Shown here in pieces: positions 11,946 to 24,029 of a stretch of 64,000 bases of DNA (within the stretch, counting starts at the first letter, position 1; every line of letters starts with the position of its first letter). The notes below the pieces were generated by a model that saw only the letters and a list, made by a program, of their open reading frames with translations, made no database searches and was not told the DNA's origin. The DNA is from Nageia nagi (taxonomy: Eukaryota; Plantae; Pinophyta), in assembly GCA_050084985.1 (NCBI GenBank), contig JBITNC010000001.1, positions 15,624,001 to 15,688,000 of the forward strand, read 5' to 3'. A program made the translations under genes and the position numbers.

Positions 11946-14900
11946 ATGGGAGAATCCTTTTTTTTTCCAAACACATACTTGATGGTTCCAACTATGGGAT
12001 TTGGGAATCTCGGATGAGAGCCGAATTGCAGGCAAAGAAGCTATGGCAAATAGTGAATAAAAACCTTGTACTTCCTACAGATAATAAGGCATTAGAGGCT
12101 TACAACACAAAGCATGAGTTGGCAACCTCCATAATTTACCATGCAGTTTCAGATGATGTGCTCCTGATAATTTCAACCTCGATAAAGGAAGCGTGGGATA
12201 AGCTTAAGAAAATCTACCTTTGGTTCAAACTTTTTAAGAAAGTTTACCATTCTCCAAAATTTGCTTCAATCTCATCAAGGGGAAGATGAAAATATGGCTA
12301 TCTACTTGAACAAAATCATTGACCTAAGGACCCAACTTGTTGCTTGTGGGTGCAATTGGATCAATGATGAGTTCATGGTCTTCATCATTCTTCAAAGCCT
12401 ATCTTAAAAGTTTAGAAACTTTGTGACAGTTATGGAAATAAGGTTTGATGATGAAAAAAAAGTCTTCTCCCTTGAGAACCTTTCTAGGCTCCTATTGAAG
12501 CATGAGAAAATTTTTATCCATGATTCGCTCTTTTCCATCTAATTGGATTGATGATTCTGGTTGCACTAATCACCTATGCTTTGAAAAGGAAAAGTTTGAA
12601 AACTTTCACAAGTATTAGATGCGGTTGTGATAGGTGATATCTCTACCCTTGAAGTCCAAGGAATTAAGAGTGTGTTGATTCATGAGAAGGTTTTTGCTAA
12701 TGTTCTCTTTGTTCCTAAGCTTAGGATAAATCTTCTTTCTATGATCCAAGTTTCTAAAAAAAAAAGGGCGGTACTCGTTTTTGAGTTCGACTCGCAACCT
12801 TAGTGCATTAAGAAAGAACTTGCTATTTTGATTAAAGGATCTGTGAAAGATAACCTCTACATTGTGGATCAAATTCCATCAAAGATGTGTCTTGCTTCTA
12901 GTGTGTGTTCCAAAGGCAATCTTTGGCACCATCGTTTAGGGCACCTTAACCATAAAAGTATTCAAGTCATGAAAGACCAAGAACTTGTGGAAGGTTTGCC
13001 TTCAATTTCTCCTTCGATTGGTCTATGCGAGAAGTGCATTCTTGGTAAGATGCATAGACAAAAGTTTGAAAAGGATAAGACAACAAAAGCATCTCAACCT
13101 CTTCAAATTATGCATTCAAATTTGATGGATCCATTTCAGACTAAGTTGCTTGGAAGAGCAAATTACGTCTTGACCTTCATTGATGATTTTAGTAGGATGA
13201 CCTTTGGGTATCTACTTGAGCACAAGGATCAAACCTTTGAGAGTTTTAAGGTTTTTAAGGTGTTTGAAAATTAGACTAACCTTAAAAATCAAAATGTTGA
13301 GATTAGATAATGGGGGAGAATATAACAGCAATGAGTTCAATGACTATTGTGCTAAGTATGGAATCAAGAGGCAGTTTACGATTCCTTACACTCCTCAGCA
13401 GAACAGTGTTTCCGAAAGAAAAAATAGAACAATTATGGAGATGGCTAGATGCATGTTGGGTAATCTTTCTAAGTCCTTATGGGGTGAATCTGGTAGCACT
13501 GCTATTTACACCTTGAATAGGTGACCCACAAAAGCTATTCAGAATAAAACTCCTTTTGAGGCATGGTCAGGAAGAAAACCAACATTTCTCACCTTAGGGT
13601 GTTTGGTTGTGAAGCATTCTTCTACATTGTTTTTGAGAAAAGGAAGAAGTTGGAAAAAAGAGCTGAAAAATGCATCTTTGTGGGTTATTACAGTCAACAT
13701 AAAGGCTACAAGCTCTACTCTCCAACCTATAAAGCCATGTTCGTTTCAAGGGATGTAAAGTTCTATGAACTTCCTGAAGAATTTGCTTCTAATAAGAATG
13801 TTGATGATCCAAAGGACTCTTCAGTTGTTATTAGTTGGTTGGATATTGATGTAGACAAGTCATCTCAGGAACAAAATTCTCCAACACAAAGGGTAATAAG
13901 GAGCATGACCTTGAACAAATCCTTAATTGCCAAGATTGACAACAACCATGATCTCTCAACCTTCAAAGAAGCTTCTAAGCACGAGTGCTGGATGGAATCC
14001 ATGAAAGTGGAGTATGAGGCGCTTATGAAAAATAAAATTAGGGACTTGGTTCCTTATCCCAATGATAAGAATGTGATTGGCAATAAGTGGATTTACAAGG
14101 TCAAGTTCAATTCAATTGAAGATATTGAGAAATACAAAGCAAGGTTAGTAGTTAAAGGTTTTGCTCAGAAATACAGTGTAGATTATGAAGAAACCTTTGC
14201 TCCCGTAGCAAAGATGCCTACTATGAGAGTTATCCTTGCTCTTTCTGCAGCTCAAGGATGGAAAGTTTTTCAACTCGACTCAAGAGTGCATTTTTCAATC
14301 GTGACTTAGATGTGAAAATCTTCATGAATAAACCATAAGGGTTTATTGTAGAAGGCAAAAAGTCCTTTGTGTGCAAGTTAAAGAAGTCATTGTATGGACT
14401 TAAGCAAGCAACTCGAGCCTGGTACAGAAAGATTTCAGGGTACTTTGTAGACATTGGATTCTCCAAGTATTTTTCTGACTTCGATCTATATGTTCTCAAT
14501 CAAGGGAAAGAAGTGGTCTTGATTCTTTTTTATGTAGATGATCTTTTGGGAACAATGATGAAATCATTCAAGAGTGCATATCCAAACTTAAGCCAACTTT
14601 TGAAATGATTGATCTTGGTCTCTTGAACTACTATGTTGGAATGCAAGTGTATCAATACAAGGATTGTACTTACCTCAGTCAATCTAAGTATATATCAGAC
14701 ATCCTGTAGAAGTTTGGAATGGAGGAGTGTAGATATGCTGCAGTCTCTCCTGGAATCACTGTTTCTCTAAGCTCCAACTCTCATCTAGCTGATGCTACAG
14801 CTTATAGGCAATTAATTGGTAGTCTTTTATTTTTAACTATATTCAAGTCAGATATTGCTTTTGCAGTGAATCTGATGGCACGATTCATGCAAAAACCTTA

Positions 14901-15470
14901 TGTTGAGCACCTCAATGCTATTAAGCAAATTTTGAGGTATGTTGGAGGGACTAAAGATCTTGCTCTCAAGTATTCCAAGTTGCCCTCGTTTGTTCTTTTT
15001 GGATTCTCAGATTCTGACTATGGGGGAGATAAAGATGACAGGAAGTCAACCTCTGCGTATGTGTTTAGCATTGGTTCAGGTGCTATCTATTGGGCTTCCA
15101 AGAAGCAGCCTACTATTTTTCTTTCCACCACAGAAACCGAATATTGTGCCATGTCTGTTGCAGCCTAGGAAGCCATTTGGGTAAGGCATCTTTTGAAAGA
15201 AATTGGGTATGAGCAAGGTGGGTCATCTTTGATCTCGTCAGACAATCAGTCGGCTATTTCTTTGGCTAAGAATCTAGTGTTCCATCAGAGAACAAAACAT
15301 GTGGAAATCCATGCCCATTTTATCAGGTAGAAGGTTTTTGATGGCATCATACATCTGGAGTATTGTCCATCCACCTTGAACTCCGCTGATTTGTTCACCA
15401 AGCCCCTCTCGAAAGCTCAGTTCTGTAAGCTTAGGGATGCTATCGAGTTGGTGAAGTTTCCCTCAAGGGG
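11946..15470 (+). pseudogene. Copia gag-pol with stops/frameshifts (gag, PR, IN, RT, RNase H)
   Basis: LDGSNYGIW (gag), DSGCTNH (PR), LWHHRLGH and RLDNGGEY (IN), YKARLV / LYGLKQ / YVDDL (RT), SDSDYGGDKDDRKSTS (RH), in copia domain order. Confidence 0.95.
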
Positions 15471-15620
15471 AAGTGAAGTTTGAATTCTTGTGTTGAGTTC
15501 ATGTTTGTGATGACAACTTCACCCCTAGGAGGATTTTGTGCTGTATAGTGTTGATTTTGTTGTACAACTTCATGGTAAGTTCGCTTTGCATGAGGAACTT
15601 GTTGTACAAATTAGCCAATT

Positions 15621-16050
15621 TAGCACTGTTCAGTTATCCATATGTGAAGAACTCTTATGTGTCTTTTGGCACTATTCAGTTATCCATATGTGAGGAACTC
15701 GTATGTGCATACTCTATTTTTTGGCCAATCTAGCACTGTTTAGTTATCCATATGTTAGGAACTCTTATGTGTCTTTTGGCATTGTTCAGTTATGCATATG
15801 TGAGGAACTCATATGTGCATACTCTATTTTTTGGCCAATCTAGCACTGTTCAGTTATCCATGTGTGAGGAACTCTTATGTGTCTTTTGGTACTGTTCAGT
15901 TATCCATATGTGAGGAACTCGTATGTGCATGCTCTATTTTTGATCATTCTAGCACTGTTCAGCTATCCATGTGTGAGGAACTCTTATGTGTTTTTTGGCA
16001 CTGTTCAATTATCCATATGTGAGGAACTCGTATGTACTTGCTCTATTTTG
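15621..16050 (+). repeat. Tandem array, ~110-bp period x4, each unit with two related subunits
   Basis: tagcactgtt recurs at 15621, 15731, 15841 and 15950; gttatccatatgtgaggaactc occurs twice per unit. Confidence 0.95.
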
Positions 16051-17699
16051 TAATGATAATCAACACATGTTTTATATACAGCAGGTGACTAAGTTTTTTG
16101 CATGGCATCTCCGTGATGACTTATAGTGCACCATTGATCAGTTCATGATGGCATTTGTGTGATTCATCTATCCTTGTTGATATGAATATGATGCATCTAA
16201 CTGATCTTGTTATTTGATCTGCTTATGACTTGCAGGTTCCTTTGAGATTGCAGGTTACTTACCTCAGGTATGCAGGCTCTTGGACACTCTTCATGACTTC
16301 CAGTTGGATGACTACATGTACATTGAAACCGGTTGTGGTTAATGATTGTATTTGGCAAATTAATGAGTCTCAAACTAGATTTTTCTTACTTCACAAATAT
16401 GTAAAAAGTTCTCATCTCCGTTGTATCTGTTCGAAGGAGAACTCTCTTACTTTTTCTTCTTCTTCTCTCTTACTCGCTCTATCTCAATATTGCATTAAGG
16501 GGGAGTGTTGGAATGTATAATGCATTATTGTAAAGGTTTGTATTAAATCTTCTATGTAAATTCACTAATACTTAAAGGTATCATTTGATATCTTAAGTAT
16601 TTAAGTGAATATGATAATGTAACTTGTCCTACACTCCATGTCATGAGCATGCCCCTTGGCTAAAAAGATGTGCATGTCATGTATTTGTACATTGGATAAA
16701 AGGGTGATCCAAAGAGGGATTTTGGCCTATAAATAGAAGGCTCCCTCTTTGTGATCATACATCAATTTGTGTAGTAAAGTTATGCTATAGGATAGAAGTG
16801 GAGTTGAGATTAGAAAGATTGTAAGAGAGTTGTATTTGTGATTGAAGTAAAGATCTAGTTAGTGGATGTACTTCTAGTTGGAGGAACCACTTTACATCTT
16901 GAGTTACTTTTTGAGATTGTCTTCTTGAGTTATTTTGATGTGAGTTTGAGCTTTCATGTGATCTTGGTTGATTAGGAATTATCTTGTTAGTGTTAGTTCC
17001 TTCAGGGAGCCATTCACTTGCCTTGGGATGCCAAACTCTTGTTTGTAGTGCCACGTCCAACCTTGGAGCTCCTAATGATACCTCGTAGTTAGTGCAATTA
17101 TCTAGGAGATCCTCTACCTCGAAGAGGGGAGCACTAATGACTAAAGATACATTAAATGCCAATATTACAACTGTGAAGGCTAAAAATATGCAATGCCTCT
17201 TTTAGGGAGACTAATATTGCATTTACAAATATGATTGTCTTGGTATTACAAATATATCTTTATTAGCATATTAAGTACTCAACTAAATGTAGTAGATAAA
17301 TAAAAAGGCCTTTTATTCCATAATTAGAGCTTTTAACTAAGGTGAAATTTACATCATTTGGATAAATCCTACAAAAATAGACAAAATTACTCGTAAATTA
17401 ATGTTCCCATTTATCATAGGTGAAATGGGAAAAACACCTAAAAAATAGTTACGTTACACATAATTGTCATGTATTTCTGCCATTACAAGATGCTATCATA
17501 TTGATAGTAACTCCTATCCACTATAATCTTGAACCTGCCTACTGACATTACTATAAAACATTGGATGCCATGTTGAGAATATTACATTCCTATTTACATC
17601 CCCCCTTAATCTTTACAATATGGCAAAAGGGATAAAATTATCAAAATTTGAATGAAAGTAAAAACTTGAATGAAACATGATCCAAAAGGATCATATGTA

Positions 17700-18370
17700 T
17701 GAAAAATAAATATCTTGCAGTGAGGACTTTGAGTGGATTTGTCATGTAGGTGTTTCGATCACATGAAGGGAAGTTGCTAGCCCATGTCATTTCAAAATAC
17801 TGATTGGCAATTGATTTGGACCGGGTGAAAGTAATTTCGTCCTTTACCATATCTTCAAACAAGAAAGCTCTATAGCCCTTGGGACAAGTGAACTTTGTGA
17901 GAAAGTTCATACATGACTTTGTAAAAATTGTCATGTTAATGCAAGTCATGCTTAAGAGGGATACATCTTTCTTTTGGTTATCATAAGTGATTCAAGATTT
18001 TGAGCATATCAAAAGAGTAATTATAGAAGTTTTGATGTTGAAGAACCCAAACTACAATAGAGACTTCATTGTCTACGCCTACCAAGATGAGCAAGAACAC
18101 CCCATTGCATTCTCTAGCAAAACCCTTCATGATTATGAAGAGAGGTACAACTTAATTGAAGAGCAAATCCTACAATCTTGAAGGCTTTGAGAAAATTCAA
18201 ACACTTTGTTTCTGAGAGTAAAATCCTTGTCTATACAGTTCATCTGAACATCTAGAACTTTGTGCTTCAAGGAGAAATAGGCGAGGGGTGGTTTGGTTGG
18301 ATAATCAAGATTCTCATACATAATGTAGAAATTTGGTCCACCAAGTTAATTCGAGGCAAAGCTCTCCATC
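17700..18370 (+). mobile_element. Ty3/gypsy RT-RNase H fragment
   Basis: GQVNFVRKFI, LKNPNYNRDFIVY and EHPIAFSSKTLHDYEERY motifs. Confidence 0.85.
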
Positions 18371-18397
18371 TGTAATTAGCGTTAGCCGTAGAGTGGT

Positions 18398-19840
18398 TGT
18401 AATGTCCCCAATTTGGGACATCTAGTCATCGCCCCTCATGCTTATTCATTATGATCTTTAGGATTTATAATAATAGGAATTATTTATTTTTCAAATTATG
18501 TATTTATCATATCTATATTTGTGCCTTTAAGGCAAGCGCTCGAAAAGGGCAAATTATACATGAAAAAATGGCCATTGAGATGAATTATGGCCCCACGTCC
18601 AAGTTGGCCATATTAGGGATGTTTGGGGCCACTTAATAATTTATTATTCCCCTTCTCTTAGTCAATTGCCTTTTAGAGGCATATTGACAAGTTTGGAATG
18701 CTATAAAGACAATACATTTGGTCATTTGAAGACATCATCTTGTGCGTTCGATCTTGGATCATTCATAGCTTAGGGATGCTTCCCTTCTCTACCTTCTAGG
18801 GCTTAGGGCTACTCCCTAGCCTAGAAGTGGCTCATCTACACTTCTACATCTCTTGGAGAGCTTGCGCCTATCATTCTTTCCACTTGGGAGCTTGCTCCAA
18901 CTATTGGGAGACATCTTGAGACTTGCACCTAACTTGGGAACCTTCTTGGGACTTGCACCAGCCTTAAGGAGTCTAGTTTTAGCATTTTGGAGTCTTGGGC
19001 TTTGCCCTAGAACTTGTTACAGCCCTACTCTTATTCTTGGTTGATTATTGATGATATTGGCTCTCATATTGCGTCTTGAATGTGAATGAATATTCCTATA
19101 TATTTTTGCTATGCTACTATCTTCTTTGTGCATGGGAATGTATGCGAATTGAGTACTTTTGGAGCTATATTTCTGTTATGTAACATATCTGATTTGTGCA
19201 CTAGTTTTGGTCTTATTCACATGTTATAAGAGCTTTATATCAGATTTGGCTACACTGATATATTCCAGTTTTGAGTGCATGTATGGATGGTTAATGAGCA
19301 TGTTCATTGATGCCCTAATTTGTGAATGAATGCGGAATTGAATGCTAAATTGGATAAACCCTACAAAGGTACATTACAATGGTATCAAAGCTCTAAGTCC
19401 TATCAATCTGTGAGGACTTCTTACATGCCAAAGCACTAATATTACACAAGAAGAAATAAGGATTCCTTGGAGATTGAAAGTGAAAGTGAATTAGAAATGG
19501 ATAGAGCAAAGGAGGTTCATTCGACACACCAATTTGCAACCATGGTAGACTTACTATCTCAACTTGTGAAGAAGGTGGATGCTCTTGCACCAACTCCACA
19601 AGCACAAGAGGGATCAAGAATTCCATCTAGGGAAGCTACACTGGATCAAAGGAGTGAAGAATCCATCCACCCTACTCGGCCACCTCTACCCAAGCTGGCC
19701 ATGCTTATGTTCTTGCAAGAGGATGAAAACCCTAATGAAGGCCTTGATACTTCACCCAATATCAAGGTAAGAGTGTCAAATTCAAGAAAACTATTACACT
19801 TGAGAGCTTTCTTAATATTATGGGAAATAATATAGGAAAA
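18398..19840 (+). mobile_element. Gypsy-type 5' LTR (18398-19378), PBS and probable gag start; truncated
   Basis: TGTAATGT...ACATTACA inverted ends, PBS tggtatcaaagc 19380-19391, ORF 19467-19835. Confidence 0.85.
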
Positions 19841-20369
19841 GGGAATGATGTGAGGATCCAAAACTATCCTCAATGAATAACAATCAACACTAGGGTTTCT
19901 GAACCCTCAAACACCAAACGGCCACACCATGCAACCACAACCCCAATGATTGCCCTCTAGGGCACACAACAACTCCACAATACCAATGTGGGTCTTCCAA
20001 AGCCCCCACACCTCACACAACACCAAACAATGGCCACACAATGCTAACATCAGCCCTTAGGGCTTCTCCAACACCTTGCAAACCCTACGATTACTCCACA
20101 ACACAATTAAACAACACAAAAATACCAACAATGGGTATACAAAGTAATACATGACTGGAGAAGCAACAAATATCCTCAATGAGTTTCATCAAGGCTTCCT
20201 CAACGGACATTTCTCAAAATCTATGACAATGACAAGGTGTGATCATGACTGGCTTTGACCCTTGCTCTAATTCTATGACGTGCTCAAACCCCCTATGAGG
20301 TGGTAAACCCTTGGACATCTCTCCAAAAACGTTCTTGTGCTTGTCAAGGATGGTTTGGATCTCTTTTTG

Positions 20370-22740
20370 GTAGAAAAACGTGAAAATTTCCATAGGAATG
20401 AAAAATGCCTCCTATATTTTTGAGCACTCAAACTTGCTCAAATTTGAAAATTTCAAAGTTTAAAGTTGCTTAGAATTCCATTTTCCATGCAATGAAGGCA
20501 AAATTTTCGATTTTTGGGCAAACAATTATCAATCTTTTCATTCTAGGTGCTGATTTTCACTTCTATGGATTTCCAAAGGGTTGAAAAATTGCGCCAAGCA
20601 TTTTGAGGGTTTCCATGGCTCAAAATCGAAAATTTCAAGTGTTAAATGTGTTGGAAATGCCTTTTTCTATTCAATGAAGGGGTCCAAATTGATTTTTGAG
20701 TGAATTTGCACTTATTTCTCCAACTTAGGCGCTAATTTTCACTCCAATGGATTCTCCAATGGCATGAAAACCTGCACCTAGCTTCTAGAGGCCTTAAACT
20801 TTCTCAAAATCACTTTTTTGTAGACCTAAAGTGTTTTAAATGGCATTTTCCATGCTATGAAGTGCTCAAACTTGAATTTTGGACCAAATTTGTCAATTCA
20901 TGGCAACTTAGGCGCTAGATTTCACTCCTATGGATCTTCAATCAGCCCCAAATGTATGCCTAGGTATTTGAGCCTCTAAACTTGTTCAAAAATGAAAATT
21001 TGCAAGTTTAAACCTTCTCAAAATGACCTTTATGTATTAATGTCTCCAAATTTGATTTTTGATCAAAAATTATCAACTTTCCTCAACTTAGGCATTGATT
21101 TTCACTCCATTGGAATTCCATAGCCTTGAAAAGCAGCGCCTACCTTTTAGAAGGCTTAAAATTGCTCAAATTTGAAAAATTGTAGATCTAAACTTTCTCA
21201 AAATGCCTTTTTTCTTGTCCCCAAGCCTTTCAAACTTGTCTTTTGACAAAAATTTATCTTTTATCCTCATGCTAGGCACCAAAAATCACTTCATTGGATT
21301 TTCGTACAGCTGAAAACATGCGCCTAGCTTTTTGGGCCTCAAAACTTGCCCAAATTTGAAAAATTGAAGACCTAAATTTGCTTGAAATCACCATTTCCAT
21401 CAATTTATGCCTTTGGTTTGTCTTTTAATGAAAATTCATTTTTTTCCTCCAAGTTAGGCGCCAAAATGCAAGTCTATGGTTTTCCATTCACTTGAAAACT
21501 TGCGCCTAGGATTTTAGGGCACTTCCATTGGTCAAAATAAAAAATTTGTAGACCTAAAGTGCCTTGGAATGGGATTTTACATTCAATCAAACCATCTCCT
21601 TTGATTTTTGAGACAAATGACATTTTCCCCTTGGTAGCTAGGCACCAAAATACATCTCATTGGATTTCCATAGGCTTGGAAAACTGCACCTAGGCTTGGA
21701 GAGCTCAAAAACTTGGTCAAAATCAAAAATTTCAAGTTCTAATTGTGTTGGAATTAACCTTATCTCTCTGATGACGCTTTTAGACTTGATTTTCGACACC
21801 ATTTGCATTTATCTCCTAAAAAATTTTCATAATTTGCCTCTCTTGGGAGCTATTTGTCAAAACCTAGGCTCTGATATCACTAAAATACTCAAACTGTGCC
21901 CTCGGGCATACCTTGTGCATTCCTAACCCATATCCTCCATTTTTTGAGCTCGAACTTGATCAAATCTGCACTTTCCGTCATTTTCGGGCTCAAACTGTAC
22001 ATTTTCAATCATTCTCGGCATTTTTGAGCTCAAACTCTGAAAAAGAGTCATTTCCAGCATTTTCGATCAAAACTAAGCTTAAACTTTGAAAAATGATCTT
22101 TTCCGACATTTTCGACACTTTCGAGCTCAAACTCTACATTTCCAATCAAAATCGAACATTTATGTGCATTTCCAGTCAAAACTAAACTTTTCGAGCATTC
22201 TGAGCTCAACTTTGCATTTTCAACCATTTTCGAGCATTCTGAGCTCAACTTTGCATTTTCAACCATTTTCGAGCTTTTCGGGTCCAAACTGTGCAAAAAC
22301 ACACATTTTTACCATATTGACCATTTTCGAGCTCAAAATTGGCAAAAATGCACATTTTCGTCATACTCTCCATTTCGGAGCTTTTCAAGCTCAAACTTGA
22401 CCAAAATGACCATTTCTGCCACACTTGCCACTTCCGAGCTCAAAACTCTAAAAAATGACCCCATCTCCACTAACCTCACTCTAGACCCAAAAATTCATGC
22501 TTTGATACTCTCTCTCAGATCCTGACTCCTTGGCTCCAAAATCGATGATTGGATACTCAGATACTCTTCAAGGTCTTTGTCTCATGACCTCCTTGAATCG
22601 CTCCTTGACATCATGTTTGCACTCTTCAAAATGAACTATCCGTCGCCAAAAGCCAATCTTAAGGTAATAAACCTCATTGCCTTTGCAAAAATAGGGTCCC
22701 CAAAATCTTATATTTTGGGGTGTGTTGTGCAGGCACAACA
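20370..22740 (-). mobile_element. 5' part of a giant LTR-like unit (same family as 44572-48540) with ~183-bp tandem array
   Basis: Reverse-complement match to 44572-47060. Repeat motif recurs at ~20544, 20725, 20908, 21088, 21271, 21454 and 21638. Confidence 0.9.
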
Positions 22741-22854
22741 CAGGGTCTATGATCCTCATTTTGAGTGGTTCTGGTTGGGGTTTCATCATGTTGGCACAAC
22801 ACAGGGTCTACGATCCTCATTTTGAGTGATTCTGGTTGGGGTTTCATCATGTTG
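22733..22854 (+). repeat. 61-bp tandem duplication spanning an element junction
   Basis: gcacaacacagggtcta..catcatgttg at 22733 and 22794. Confidence 0.95.
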
Positions 22855-22856
22855 CA

Positions 22857-24029
22857 TTCCCCCCTTTCCACTCTTTTTAACTAAATACATCTCTCTCCTG
22901 GTGCTAGATCTGGTATAGTAATTGTGAACTGTAGGTCTCATTCATAGGTTGGCCAGATCGAAGCTCTGATACCACTATAAAATCCCCAATATAATCTGAA
23001 GTGCAAATTAGCCAAATAATTATCAATTAATATTAAAATTACACCCACGTTTGAACTAGGGCATCAAACACATGCAAAAACAAGCTAGGAATGTTAACGA
23101 TTCACTTAACAAGCAAGAATATCACTCAAAAGCCCAACGTCATGCACAATGAGACTAGATTGCACCAAATGCACACAATTATGAGACAAGAATGAGATCC
23201 AAGTATGCCACAACTTCAATTAGCTAGATAATGATGAGTCTAATACCGAATTGGCCCAAGAGGACTCAACTTTGGCCTCCAAGGAGCCAACTAGGGCATA
23301 CGAATATGCGAATATGATCATTGCTGGAACAATGGATGGAACAACTACACTCCCTCAAAATCTGAATCCTCTCCACTGCAGCAGCCCTCTCCAAATCCTG
23401 GAAACCAATTGAATGGTAGGATGGCAACCTCGGAATACCATCGAGTGGACTAAGATGCTGCACCTTAGCCGTATATTAGCAAGATCCCTTAGCCTAATAA
23501 TCCTTCTAGATGCTGCACCTAGGGGAAGATTGCTTGATGCTATGCCAAAACTTGTGTCCATTGGACGGTAGGAGAAATAATATCAAATTTAGTATATCAA
23601 TGCAATGATGCTCCAACGCCTAATATAGCTCAAGTTTGGATCTAGATTATCACCTCGGAATCATCTATGCCTCCCCTATGCAACGTTAGCCTTCTAGGGG
23701 CCCTCAAATGCCTCAAACATGTCATAAATGCTCATTCGTGGGGTTTCTAGGAGTTATACATGTGCCTAGATCCTATTTTCATGTCCATACAAGGCCTTGG
23801 GATTCCCACAATCAATTCTTGGGATCTCCAAGTACATAAAATAACATTAAATTATGCTAGCCTATGCTTGGGAGGAAGACGTCCCCCTTGGGGCTCACAG
23901 TGGGGTCCAATAGACCATTATTATTTCTATCCCAAGTACGAACAAGAAATACATAAATAAATAAATATTTACAAGAGGGAATCCTTAGGATCCCATAATT
24001 AATTATCTTTTACAAGAGGGGGTGTGACA
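22857..24029 (-). mobile_element. Family B LTR (22976-24029) + PBS + ~120-bp internal segment + PPT
   Basis: PBS tggtatcagagc (22963-22974, -); purine tract tggaaaggggggaa (22857-22870, -) followed by TG. Confidence 0.85.

Larger units (their letters stand above)
8888..17004 (+). mobile_element. Full-length degenerate Ty1/copia LTR retrotransposon
   Basis: LTRs 8888-9389 and 16506-17004 (TG..CA; about 13 substitutions and one 3-bp indel by eye), TSD GGGAG, PBS tggtatcagagc 9393-9404, PPT aagggggag before 16506. Confidence 0.97.
7955..17170 (-). mobile_element. Older LTR-like element split by the copia insertion (7955-8887 and 17005-~17170)
   Basis: Starts TGTGATGATC like other LTR ends here; similar sequence (ccttgggatg..) continues on both sides of the GGGAG TSD. 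Right end uncertain. Confidence 0.5.
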
